A stretch of DNA of 64,000 bases, from NCBI GenBank assembly GCA_041740355.1, contig JBGSMD010000016.1, positions 64,001 through 128,000 of the forward strand. Reading direction: 5' to 3'. The first letter of the stretch is position 1; each line of letters starts with the position of its first letter. Source of the stretch: Bdellovibrionota bacterium (GTDB lineage Bacteria; Bdellovibrionota_C; UBA2361; CALJRW01). The position numbers and the translations under genes were made by a program. Shown piece by piece: positions 49,797-59,289 of the stretch. Under the pieces are notes generated by a model. The model was not told the DNA's origin, ran no database searches, and worked only from the letters and a program-made list of their open reading frames with translations.

Positions 49797-50864
49797 TTAA
49801 AAATCTTTGACCAATTTGCCATTTTGATTTGAGTAAACAGCCACTTGATGTTTCAGATGGCGACCAAATTCCTTATCTTCGACATACTCTAATTGATCAA
49901 TTGGAGCTTCTAAGAAACTTGCCTGAGGAAGAAACGAAAAATAATCTGTCGAACCTTTTTGTTTTGCTAGATCATTTAGCTGAGAAATCAAATCAACACT
50001 TACCCAACCGGAAGCAGACTCACCAAAATAAGAAATATTGGAATACTTGACTTGGAGGGCATCGATAAAACTATTGGCAATAGAGGCATAGGCAAAAGAT
50101 AACTTACTAGATAAGGCAATAAATAATTCTTGAAATGCTGAATCAGCAAAAATATCACCGCCAATAATTGGCACCATAAACTTTTGTGCTGCTGCTTGAC
50201 GAGCGAATGTTAAAGCTTGTTCCGGCATGGTTAATAAATATACCGCGTCGACATTTTTACTTTTTAGTTTAGCAATGGTTGAATTAAAATCAGCATTGTC
50301 ATTGGGGACAAAGTGTTCAATCAAATTACCATTTAATTTTTTACTGAGCATTTTTATACCAATCACGGCATTACCAATATCGATAGATACCGCAGCAGGG
50401 TTTTTTGCCTTATGGTATTCAAAAAATTTAGCAGTGTAGTCTACTAATAAATCAACTTTAGAACTTATAGTAACTACAAATTTTCGATTCAAAGCATCCG
50501 GATTCATTGACACTAAGATTGTCGGAATTTTCTTTTGTTCAACTATTGGAGCGATCACTCCACTTGGGGTGTTTCCCCAGACAACTAGTAATTGTACTTT
50601 ATCAATCTCTGTAAGTTTTTGAACGGCACTGATCGTATCCTTCCCGTCATAGCGATGATCTTCGTAGAAAATTTCCATCATTTTAGCTTTTTCAGGTTGC
50701 TGAGTTTTCCAGAGTTCAACACCCCGACGAAAGCCCTCACCCATCGGAGCAACTGGCCCGCTTAATGGTAGTACAATCCCCACTCTAAACTTCTCTTCAG
50801 CCAATACTGTGTTGGAATAGGCAAGAAGTAAAACGAGAAAAATTTTTGCAATAAGCTTATTCAT
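49797..50864 (-). CDS. Periplasmic substrate-binding protein (LivJ/K branched-chain amino acid-like), orphan
   Basis: Signal peptide; VGIVLPLSGPVAPMGE, YEDHRYD, DFNSTIAKLK. Confidence 0.85.
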   Translation of the reverse strand: MNKLIAKIFLVLLLAYSNTVLAEEKFRVGIVLPLSGPVAPMGEGFRRGVELWKTQQPEKAKMMEIFYEDHRYDGKDTISAVQKLTEIDKVQLLVVWGNTPSGVIAPIVEQKKIPTILVSMNPDALNRKFVVTISSKVDLLVDYTAKFFEYHKAKNPAAVSIDIGNAVIGIKMLSKKLNGNLIEHFVPNDNADFNSTIAKLKSKNVDAVYLLTMPEQALTFARQAAAQKFMVPIIGGDIFADSAFQELFIALSSKLSFAYASIANSFIDALQVKYSNISYFGESASGWVSVDLISQLNDLAKQKGSTDYFSFLPQASFLEAPIDQLEYVEDKEFGRHLKHQVAVYSNQNGKLVKDF

Positions 50865-51211
50865 TATTAACTTTTAAAATACCAAAACTATTGATGTTTT
50901 TGTGATTAATTTGAATTTCACAATACATTAAATAGCTAACAAAATACAAGAAAATTCATAAAACTCTAAAGGGTTTAAGTCGCATTCGCTTTATTCCAAT
51001 TTTTATTGAGGCACCATGAATTTCCCAAGTTGCTGGTGGCTAGAATTCTTTTTTTTCGGATAGAAAATACTTAGTAAAGCGCTTTCCTATAATTAGCTTA
51101 ATTACATTATCTTGCTATACTCCAATTGCGACATTAATAGATTTAATCGTAATAGAGACTAACGCTGCTAAGATTTCTTCTAAATTAATAATTGTCCGTT
51201 TGTACTAACTT

Positions 51212-52204
51212 ATGTTTGCTACTCAAAGTTCACTGGAGACAGTTCGAGATGTTTACCATGAAAAGTTAAGTCCTGGGATTAATCTTTTCATTGAACCTAA
51301 GAAAGTTATTCAGTGGCCAGAATTTATTGATAATTATCCTCCTTTTTCCATTGCTCTAGATGGATTTGTTTATGGTCCACCTTTATTCAGCTCGATTGGA
51401 CCACATGCTAACTTTAATCATCACGAAGGAGTGGATCGTCTATCAACTAGAGCAACATGCTCACAAGTATTGGTAGCACTAAAGCAAGGCCTACTGGAAA
51501 CATTTTGCATTAATTCCGAGGCAATGATTAATATCTTTGTAAACGATCCTGATCATGATACTGCCCTAGCTGTCTGGTTACTAAAAAATCATAGTCGCAT
51601 AACAAGCCCTGTTCACGAGCCTTATATTAACCGCTTAGTAAGAATTGAAGATTTACTAGATGTTACTGCTGGCGCCTATCCATATCAAATAGATGCAATT
51701 GTGCTTCAAGAAATTGCTTGGGTTTTTAAACCATACGCCGATGCACGTACTGCTGGAAAACTTTTTAATATGTCTGGTGCAGACATGGGTAAGGTGATTT
51801 TAGAGGTCGGTGAAAGAATAACAGAATATTCTTATGGGAGGGGTGGTAAAACTAAACTCGATACTAGATATGAAAGAATTGGAGGTGGGAAAAACTGGGC
51901 CTTGGTTAATGAAATTGGGACACATGCCCGCACAGCAATCTTTGCTGATGGGATAAAGGCATTTGTCTCGTATAGAGATAATAAGGATGGAACATTCACT
52001 TATTCAATTGGTAAAATGAGTCCTTACTTTAAATTTCCAATTACTGATTTTTATATTTTTTTAAATCAAGCAGAGGGATTAGTTCCTGGCTCTGCTAATT
52101 CGTGGGGAGGAAGCGATATAATTGGTGGTTCACCACGGATGACAGGTAGTAAATTGCATCCCAAAGAACTGGAAAGAATTATTAACCGATTACTAGAAAT
52201 TTAA
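51212..52204 (+). CDS. Hypothetical protein, DHH-phosphoesterase-like
   Basis: ALDG, FNHH, NDPDHD, DLLD, WGGSDIIGGSPR. Confidence 0.6.
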   Translation: MFATQSSLETVRDVYHEKLSPGINLFIEPKKVIQWPEFIDNYPPFSIALDGFVYGPPLFSSIGPHANFNHHEGVDRLSTRATCSQVLVALKQGLLETFCINSEAMINIFVNDPDHDTALAVWLLKNHSRITSPVHEPYINRLVRIEDLLDVTAGAYPYQIDAIVLQEIAWVFKPYADARTAGKLFNMSGADMGKVILEVGERITEYSYGRGGKTKLDTRYERIGGGKNWALVNEIGTHARTAIFADGIKAFVSYRDNKDGTFTYSIGKMSPYFKFPITDFYIFLNQAEGLVPGSANSWGGSDIIGGSPRMTGSKLHPKELERIINRLLEI

Positions 52205-52248
52205 TTTATTCTGAGAAAGAATTGAGAAGTTGAAGGAAGAAGGAATCG

Positions 52249-52276
52249 AGCTGGAAGTAACGAATTACTTCCAGCT
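52249..52276. terminator. Perfect 12-bp hairpin between convergent genes
   Basis: AGCTGGAAGTAA-cgaa-TTACTTCCAGCT. Confidence 0.7.
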
Positions 52277-52285
52277 GAATAAGGA

Positions 52286-52474
52286 TTAAGCACCACGTAC
52301 ATTTACAGCACAAGGCCCTTTGCGTCCTTCGCCAATTTCAAAACTAACTTCTTGTCCTTCTGAAATCTGTTCGCTAACTTCTGAATGATGCACAAAAAGA
52401 TCTTCACCATTATCTTGAGCAATAAATCCAAATCCCTTCTCGGTATCAAACCATTTAACTTTACCTGTAGCCAT
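52286..52474 (-). CDS. cspA: Cold-shock protein
   Basis: MATGKVKWFDTEKGFGFI..DLFVHHS..GRKGPCAVNV; true start is the ATG at 52474, after AGGA. Confidence 0.95.
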   Translation of the reverse strand: MATGKVKWFDTEKGFGFIAQDNGEDLFVHHSEVSEQISEGQEVSFEIGEGRKGPCAVNVRGA

Positions 52475-52942
52475 TTTTAATCCTAATATAATATAATAAT
52501 ACATATTTGATATACTTATTAGTTTTCACTTTAGAAATTTCTACAGTTAGAACACAAGTACCTTCAAAGATGCCCAAGGAATGTAATACAAGTTCGCACG
52601 CGGGTCAAAGCGCTGATTCTCACAAGCACTTAAGATGCTAAGTAAAGTTACTAAAAAATTAATTTTATTCCCCCATAAAACTGCTTAAATTGCTAAATAA
52701 TACTTAATAATGGCTTTTTTCGACTTATAAGCATCCATTTTATATCATTCTCTATTATCTAACTTTTATAAACTTTAGTCTTAATGTTACCTCTTGAAGC
52801 AGGAGGATCACTCTAGTTATCAAAATGTTAACCTAAAAAGTACGGCTGATCTAGAGACAACTCGCTTTTACTAAAAATTAATCCTTTAAATTTGAACAAC
52901 AAATAGTTATCATGCACCCAAACTTTTTCGTTGAAAAATTCT

Positions 52943-54463
52943 ATGTCTCACACTTATTTCTTTGACAGACTTCGTCGTCTGGCCAATCAATCGCTATCTT
53001 CTGAAGTAGATTTGGATCGTCGAAAATTTATTAAGAATGCCAGTGTCGTTACTGCAGGACTACTAGCTACTCCAATTCTCGGTTGCTCTGCTAGTAAATT
53101 ATTTAATCAAGACTCCAATTATAAAATTGCAATTATTGGAGCAGGCCTTTCGGGAACATCCTGTGCTTATCAACTTAGCAAAATTGGTATTCCAGTAGAT
53201 TTATTTGAAGCATCTAATAGAATCGGCGGAAGAACTTATAGCCTTAGAAACCATTTTGCAGATGGACAAACTGCCGAGCTAGGTGGAGAATTAATTGATA
53301 GTAATCATCTTTCTGTTTTTAGAATTGCTAAAGAACTGGGATTAAAGATCGATGATTGTCGGCAAGGAGCAAAAGATAGCGATCATTTTATTATTAATGG
53401 AAAAATAATAAAGGATCAGTGGATCTTGGAAAAATTTAAGCCTTTAGCTAAAATCATCTTAGAAACCCGAATTAAAGCAGACTCTGACTCCGATTACTTT
53501 AATACTATTGATCAACAAAGCATTACTGACTGGCTAAACAAACAAAATGATATTGCCGCAGAATTAAAACAATTAATTAAAATCGCTTATACTGGCGAAT
53601 TTGGACTAGAGGCCGAGAAACAATCCGCTATTTCTCTCCTCTATTTTATAGATCCGGAATCAAGCGATGAATTTAAAATTTTTGGTGACAGTGATGAACG
53701 TTATCATATTAAAAATGGTAATGATCAAATGGCAATTGGCATGGCCTCACATTTAATCAGAAAGCCATTTCTGGAACATCGATTAAAAAAAATTCAGAAA
53801 TTAGATAATAAGTATCAACTAAGTTTTGTTAATCAATCAAACTTCGATCAAACCCGATATGATTTAGTTGTTATCGCCCTCCCTTTTACAACTCTACGAT
53901 TAATCGACATTACGGAAGCTGGATTTGCCGCTGACAAAGTTAAATTAATCAACGAACTCGGTTATGGCACTAATGCTAAAATTATGGCTGGCTTTAAATC
54001 TCGACCTTGGCAAAAGTATACTGACAACTTCGCCTTAATTGCCGATGAGCCAATTCAAACTGTTTGGGAAACTTCTCGCGCTCAAACGGGTAAATCAGGA
54101 ATACTAACAAATTTCTTGGGAGGAGAACGTGGGTTATCATCTAACGAAGGAACTGCTGATCAGCAGTTTAATAAGTCACTAAGTAAATTAGAAATAACTT
54201 ATCCTGGACTCGCGTCAGAATATCTTCCTGATAAAACTGTGCGCATGCACTGGCCAACTCATCCTCATACATTAGGAAGCTACGCTTGCTACCTTCCTGG
54301 ACAAGCTGCCACAGCTGGACTGGAAGGCCGGAGAGAGAATAATGTCTTTTTTTGCGGGGAACATTGTTCTGAGAATTTTCAAGGCTTTATGGAAGGGGCA
54401 ATAGAAACGGGAGAAAACGTAGCTATCCAAATCGGCAAAGAAATTCAGGCACTTCGTGTTTGA
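52943..54463 (+). CDS. Flavin monoamine oxidase family protein with Tat signal
   Basis: DRRKFIK twin-arginine motif, IIGAGLSG, EASNRIGGR, ELGGELID, FCGEH, GFMEGAIETG. Confidence 0.9.
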   Translation: MSHTYFFDRLRRLANQSLSSEVDLDRRKFIKNASVVTAGLLATPILGCSASKLFNQDSNYKIAIIGAGLSGTSCAYQLSKIGIPVDLFEASNRIGGRTYSLRNHFADGQTAELGGELIDSNHLSVFRIAKELGLKIDDCRQGAKDSDHFIINGKIIKDQWILEKFKPLAKIILETRIKADSDSDYFNTIDQQSITDWLNKQNDIAAELKQLIKIAYTGEFGLEAEKQSAISLLYFIDPESSDEFKIFGDSDERYHIKNGNDQMAIGMASHLIRKPFLEHRLKKIQKLDNKYQLSFVNQSNFDQTRYDLVVIALPFTTLRLIDITEAGFAADKVKLINELGYGTNAKIMAGFKSRPWQKYTDNFALIADEPIQTVWETSRAQTGKSGILTNFLGGERGLSSNEGTADQQFNKSLSKLEITYPGLASEYLPDKTVRMHWPTHPHTLGSYACYLPGQAATAGLEGRRENNVFFCGEHCSENFQGFMEGAIETGENVAIQIGKEIQALRV

Positions 54464-54697
54464 TATAGTAAACCCAAAAATGTATTTCCGATAAATAGAT
54501 TAACTAATACTTTCGCTGACCCTTATATTTTTTTCCCTGAAGTAATTTAAGGACCTAAGTTTATAGATAAACCTATGGTTTAACTCTATTTTTTAAAGTT
54601 GGGTTTACTATTTGTCTTTTGGCTCCCGCTGGTCGCTTCTATAGTCATGATCTGTTTTATAATTTCCTAAAAGAAATTATTTATTGGGATGACTATA
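54464..54697 (+). repeat. TATAG-family expanded variant (234 bp)
   Basis: TATAGTAAACCCAA..TTGGGTTTACTAT (54464-54611), linker GCTCCCGCTGGTCGC, TATAGTCAT..TAATTT-cctaaaag-AAATTA..ATGACTATA (54640-54697). Confidence 0.7.
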
Positions 54698-54734
54698 TAA
54701 TTGTGGACTACGGATCTACATAAATACTAAATTA

Positions 54735-55715
54735 TTATTCACCGATTAATTCTAGTCTGGCAATTTTAGAACGTGCGGCAATGGTTCTTTGTTTTCGATC
54801 GAATGTGCAATGATCCATGCCTTTAGGGGAGAGATGCCGTTCGGGAAACAAGGCTTTATAAGAATATTGAGATTGTCGATAACCAGTTGGTGAATAACGC
54901 CAATCAGCTCTCCAATCAGCATTCCGATCGTGAATTAAAAGCTGACTTAATTTTTTTAAATTAGTGCTTCCGTCCTTTTTAGGAATTAAATATATCGGGC
55001 ACTTAGTAGCCGTAGTTACAAACTCAGCTAGTCGATTTTGAAAACTAGGTCTTAGATAACCACGGGAATTATTAAAATCTAAATATGCATGTTCAATTTG
55101 AAGATTCACAGCGGCAGCAAAGCCTTTGGGATCAATTCTCTCCCAAATTTGATCTAATTTAAATAAAATATCAGCACGCTCTTTCCATGTATTTCGATGG
55201 AGTTTAAAAAGCTTAACTGCAGATTTAGTATCTTCACGAATTACTGCTAGATCACCAGATTCAATCCTAGCAATTTGCTGATCAGTGATAATAAGCATCT
55301 CAAATAGACCTTCTAAGCTTTGACCCCTGAGATCTAAATTAGAAAATTTTGGCGTTCCCTCGATAATCTCTTTAATTTCTTGAAATTTTAGCTTTTTTTC
55401 AGCAGCATGAAGTTGATCTAAAAAGCTTGGTAACAAAAGATAAGGCGTTGTGTGAATTAAGTCTACTGGCAACTGAGTAGAATTTTGCCCTTTAAGTGCA
55501 ATTGCCGATCTGTAATTTGGTCGCACTGAAGCTAAATCTAAAAGTCCCCCAACTAGCTCGGCTCCAATTTTTCCAGTTAGTAGAAATTTTTCAATCTTAA
55601 TCCAGGACCGCTTAGAATGCAGCGGTTCACATTTCTCGTGCATTGCAAAATGTGCGACATCTACCAATAAACTTGGAAGTGACGCGCCTGCCTGCGACTC
55701 AGCAACTTTTACCAT
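54735..55715 (-). CDS. Hypothetical protein
   Basis: 326-aa ORF with ATG start; no recognised motif. Confidence 0.65.
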   Translation of the reverse strand: MVKVAESQAGASLPSLLVDVAHFAMHEKCEPLHSKRSWIKIEKFLLTGKIGAELVGGLLDLASVRPNYRSAIALKGQNSTQLPVDLIHTTPYLLLPSFLDQLHAAEKKLKFQEIKEIIEGTPKFSNLDLRGQSLEGLFEMLIITDQQIARIESGDLAVIREDTKSAVKLFKLHRNTWKERADILFKLDQIWERIDPKGFAAAVNLQIEHAYLDFNNSRGYLRPSFQNRLAEFVTTATKCPIYLIPKKDGSTNLKKLSQLLIHDRNADWRADWRYSPTGYRQSQYSYKALFPERHLSPKGMDHCTFDRKQRTIAARSKIARLELIGE

Positions 55716-56298
55716 ATGTTTTCGTATGACTTAAATTTTTCTATAAATAAAGTTATTGCTGCTGACTTAAAACTGTCTCAAAACCTAGAACAACTATTAG
55801 ACAATTTTCTCTACTCTCTTACTTTTGAACAAAAGCACTTGTCTCACAAGATATAACCGTAAAAAAAGTCATTAAACATAAGAATCCTAGAACTTGTATT
55901 CTAGAATAAGTAGTTTTTGGAAACTAAAAATAACTTCCAAAAAATCACAGATTCGACATTTATTTCATAATGATTGAGTGTTTAGCTTAGCAAAGATGTT
56001 ATAAATTGAATTTAAAAATCATGCTTTTTAAGCAGCAAAGAGAATTAGTCGCTAAGCCTTTTGATTCAATTAACCAAACAGCCTCATCAAAAAGCACAAA
56101 GAGTTATTGAAAAAATACTTGTTTATGAGGATGTAAGTGAAATATCCCTAGATACGAAATTTATGAAAGCCAGTTAAGGACTTACGCTATGTAGAGTTCT
56201 CAGTTATTTTGAATTAAAACGAAAGATTTTAAATCCGTTCATAAGTCCATTAAAATTCCAATTTAAGATATTGTCACTAAATAAAAAAAACATATAAA

Positions 56299-56445
56299 TA
56301 TAGAAAGTCCAAAAAGCAATTTACGTAAGGAAACTACTTTTTGGGGCTTTCTATCCCCCGCAAGCGTAGTAAAGTCATATAGTTATTACAAAAAACAAGC
56401 TGCGCTATCTTCTTTATACGTAATTTATTTTTTGGAATAACTATA
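56299..56445 (+). mobile_element. TATAG-family MITE-like element, full length (147 bp)
   Basis: TATAGAAAGTCCAAAAAGCAATTT-acgtaagg-AAACTACTTTTTGGGGCTTTCTAT-CCCCCGCAAGCG..TATAGTTATTACAAAAAA..TTTTTTGGAATAACTATA. Confidence 0.88.
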
Positions 56446-56544
56446 TTATTTCTCTACTGCACCTATAGTTTTCCGACCTTTGATAGTTTTCCTAGATTGT
56501 TGATATAATCTAACAATAATTTACTATTACTCATAAATAATAAA

Positions 56545-57531
56545 TTAATTAGCAAAGCGAATCTTAATTAAACTACTATCATCTGTTTTAAAATTTGGTC
56601 CCTGAGTAAGCCTACATTTATGGAGTGCTGAAGTCAGTATTTGGTCAGCGGTATTTCTCCAACTATCATAATTACAAAGTATCTCCCCTATTTCTGCGGC
56701 TAACTTTGGGATCCCATCGCTAAATAGGTAAATTAATCCTTTTTCTGTGATTTCCTGAACTTTAAAAAAATGTCGGGCATTTGGATCTCCATTTACAACT
56801 CCATAGGCAATAGAATCTGGTTTACCCCACTCATCCAATTTATTGGCCATTCTACGATGAAACTCAATTGGGTTAGGCATTTCATTTCTAATCTTTTCAC
56901 ACAAAGTGGTTTGCGGATCTGTCAGCTTAATTAACTTTAATTTATCCTTAGAATCGTCAATAACAGCAACTTGGCAATCACCAATTGTCCCAATAAATAG
57001 TCTTTGCTGAACTTCTAACAATACAGCGGCGGTGCAAGAACCTCTTGGTGAACTTATCAAATTTCCTCCCAATCCTAATTCTTGATTCAGACTATTAACT
57101 GAATGTGCTCCTAAATTTGCCTGCTGAAAAGCATGCTGAAGTATTTGAGTTGCTGGTAGATTCTCTGCCAAAGCTTCACAAATATGATAGTGCATTAAAC
57201 GTCCGAAAGCTTCTGCTGTCTGCCAGGCAGCATTTTGATTTTCACACTTTGTTCTAGTAACTCCATCGGCAACAATATAAATATTATTATGGCGATCAAC
57301 CACCAAAAAATCATCCATCGTATGACCTGAAAAATTATGGTCTTGAGCATAACTCACTTCAGGCAACTGATTTATCAAGGAATCTTTATTGAGGGAACAA
57401 TCGTGAGCAAGAAACAACCTACTTTCAGGGCTTTCTTTTGTTAAAACTTTCTGTACAATTAATTCAGGCGCAGTTTGATTACTAAGTGATTGATGTCGTT
57501 TAGCTTCTGATCTGTGTAAATCCTGAGTCAT
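56545..57531 (-). CDS. PP2C-family protein phosphatase-like
   Basis: MDDF, IVADGV, SCTAA, IGDC, LFSDGI, DDSSLI. Confidence 0.8.
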   Translation of the reverse strand: MTQDLHRSEAKRHQSLSNQTAPELIVQKVLTKESPESRLFLAHDCSLNKDSLINQLPEVSYAQDHNFSGHTMDDFLVVDRHNNIYIVADGVTRTKCENQNAAWQTAEAFGRLMHYHICEALAENLPATQILQHAFQQANLGAHSVNSLNQELGLGGNLISSPRGSCTAAVLLEVQQRLFIGTIGDCQVAVIDDSKDKLKLIKLTDPQTTLCEKIRNEMPNPIEFHRRMANKLDEWGKPDSIAYGVVNGDPNARHFFKVQEITEKGLIYLFSDGIPKLAAEIGEILCNYDSWRNTADQILTSALHKCRLTQGPNFKTDDSSLIKIRFAN

Positions 57532-57748
57532 CTTGATTTAATATAAGTCTTAGTAATTATAACTTTTATCTATTCTTAATCAATTAAACTATGATTAAAT
57601 TTACCTGTGAATGAACAATAAAATAACAATCAAACCCTCTTGGAAATTAACGACAGTCTTAATTAATGAAATTCAATCAGAAACGACTAATTAAGTTGAG
57701 GCACTATTTTTTCAACCTCCGGAAGATGTAAATCGAGCTAGTATAATC

Positions 57749-58018
57749 ATGATTATAATTGCAATTATTCTGATTCTTCCAGCCTTATTTTTTCCTCCTA
57801 TCTTACTTCTTAATCTTCCGTTACTCTATCTACGTCATGCCTATAGACATTATTTTTATAATAAAGCTTTTCGATTAAAGCTAAGCTTTGAATGTGCTGC
57901 ATGTCATAATTTAAATCCAGCGTCAGAAAAAACTGGAAAACTACCCATAAAGATTTCTTGTTGTATTTGCAATTGCAAATTACAGCTTAGATATTCCAAA
58001 GATGAAGGCCTATGTTAA
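57749..58018 (+). CDS. Small membrane-anchored Cys-rich (Zn-ribbon-like) protein
   Basis: Hydrophobic N-terminus; CAAC and CCICNC; overlaps the antiporter start. Confidence 0.5.
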   Translation: MIIIAIILILPALFFPPILLLNLPLLYLRHAYRHYFYNKAFRLKLSFECAACHNLNPASEKTGKLPIKISCCICNCKLQLRYSKDEGLC

Positions 58019-59238
58019 ATATTGATTATTTTTCTCCCCTCAGTAGATTTATTCTTCAGTTAATACTTATCATCATCGTCTCACAAATCTTGGGAAAGTT
58101 ATTACAATACCTGAAGCAACCCCAGGTCGTTGGCGAGGTTTTAGCAGGTATCCTTTTAGGGCCTTCGCTTTTTGGACTAATTTATCCAGATGCTTTTCAA
58201 TTTATCTTTGAAAAGAGCTCAATCTCAAATTTATCAATAGTTAGTCAGCTAGGACTAATCCTCTTTATGTTTACAGTTGGACTACACAGTAGTGCTTTAG
58301 AAGGAAATACTTCTGGTAAACATGCCGCTATCATTTCAGGAATTAGTATTATCTTTCCCTTTCTCTTGGGGGTTAGCGTTGCACCGCTACTCTACGTATC
58401 CTTTGCACATCATGGCGCGTCACTCGCTATCTTTTCATTGTTCCTGGGAATTGCCTGTAGTATTACGGCATTTCCTGTACTTGCTAGAATCATTACCGAC
58501 AAAGGCTTAAATCAAGAACCAACTTCTAAAATGGCACTCCATTGTGCAGCGATTGATGATGTTTCAGCTTGGATTATCCTAGCAACGATCATTGGACTAA
58601 CTAAAAGTTCTGCCCTAGCTTCGCTTATTATGACATTAGGGCTTAGCCTAGTAGGCATTCTTTTTCTGTTTAAAATCGTTTCTCCAATTCTTAGTAAAGT
58701 CATTAAAAATAAAATGCTTTCCGAACCGCATCAATTTACTTTAGCTTTACTTATTTTACTTTGCTCCTCACTGTACTTCGAGCTAATTGGTGTGCACGCT
58801 CTCTTTGGAGCCTTCATTGCGGGAACATTAATGCCTGCCATTAAACGTTATCGCGAAAGATTAAAGTTAAGAATCGAGTATATCGCTGGATTAATCCTAC
58901 TGCCTGTATTTTTCGCAATTACCGGACTGAAAACTCAAATCACACTAATCAACTCCTGGGAAATGATCTTAATCTGTTTTGGATTAATTATATTGTGTGT
59001 GGTTGGCAAACTGGCAGGTGCAACTTTGGCAGCTCGATTTTGTAAATTTTCATGGAAGGAATCACTGCTAATCGGAACATTAATGAATACTCGCGGTTTA
59101 ATGGAACTTGTGGTTTTAAATATTGGATTGGAATTACAGATCATCTCGCATTCTCTCTTTACGATGATGGTGATTATGGCACTTGTTACTACATTTATGA
59201 CTGGGCCTATAATTGATTTAATCAGAAAGAGGTATTAA
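58012..59238 (+). CDS. Cation:proton antiporter (CPA2/Kef-type)
   Basis: QPQVVGEVLAGILLGPS, SITAFPVLARI, AAIDDV, LFGAFIAG, LMNTRGLMEL. Confidence 0.93.
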   Translation: MLNIDYFSPLSRFILQLILIIIVSQILGKLLQYLKQPQVVGEVLAGILLGPSLFGLIYPDAFQFIFEKSSISNLSIVSQLGLILFMFTVGLHSSALEGNTSGKHAAIISGISIIFPFLLGVSVAPLLYVSFAHHGASLAIFSLFLGIACSITAFPVLARIITDKGLNQEPTSKMALHCAAIDDVSAWIILATIIGLTKSSALASLIMTLGLSLVGILFLFKIVSPILSKVIKNKMLSEPHQFTLALLILLCSSLYFELIGVHALFGAFIAGTLMPAIKRYRERLKLRIEYIAGLILLPVFFAITGLKTQITLINSWEMILICFGLIILCVVGKLAGATLAARFCKFSWKESLLIGTLMNTRGLMELVVLNIGLELQIISHSLFTMMVIMALVTTFMTGPIIDLIRKRY

Positions 59239-59289
59239 CTTGTAGGTGAGGAAGATCATTTCCAATTGTATGTTTTTATCTAGTTTGTT

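Noticed and set aside
56021-56177. Possible frameshifted small gene remnant (MLFKQQRELVA.. / ..QPHQKAQRVIEKILVYEDVSEISLDTKFMKAS), and a similar stop-ridden stretch at 62720-62890
   Set aside because: Short and with no recognisable homology; cannot be distinguished from chance.
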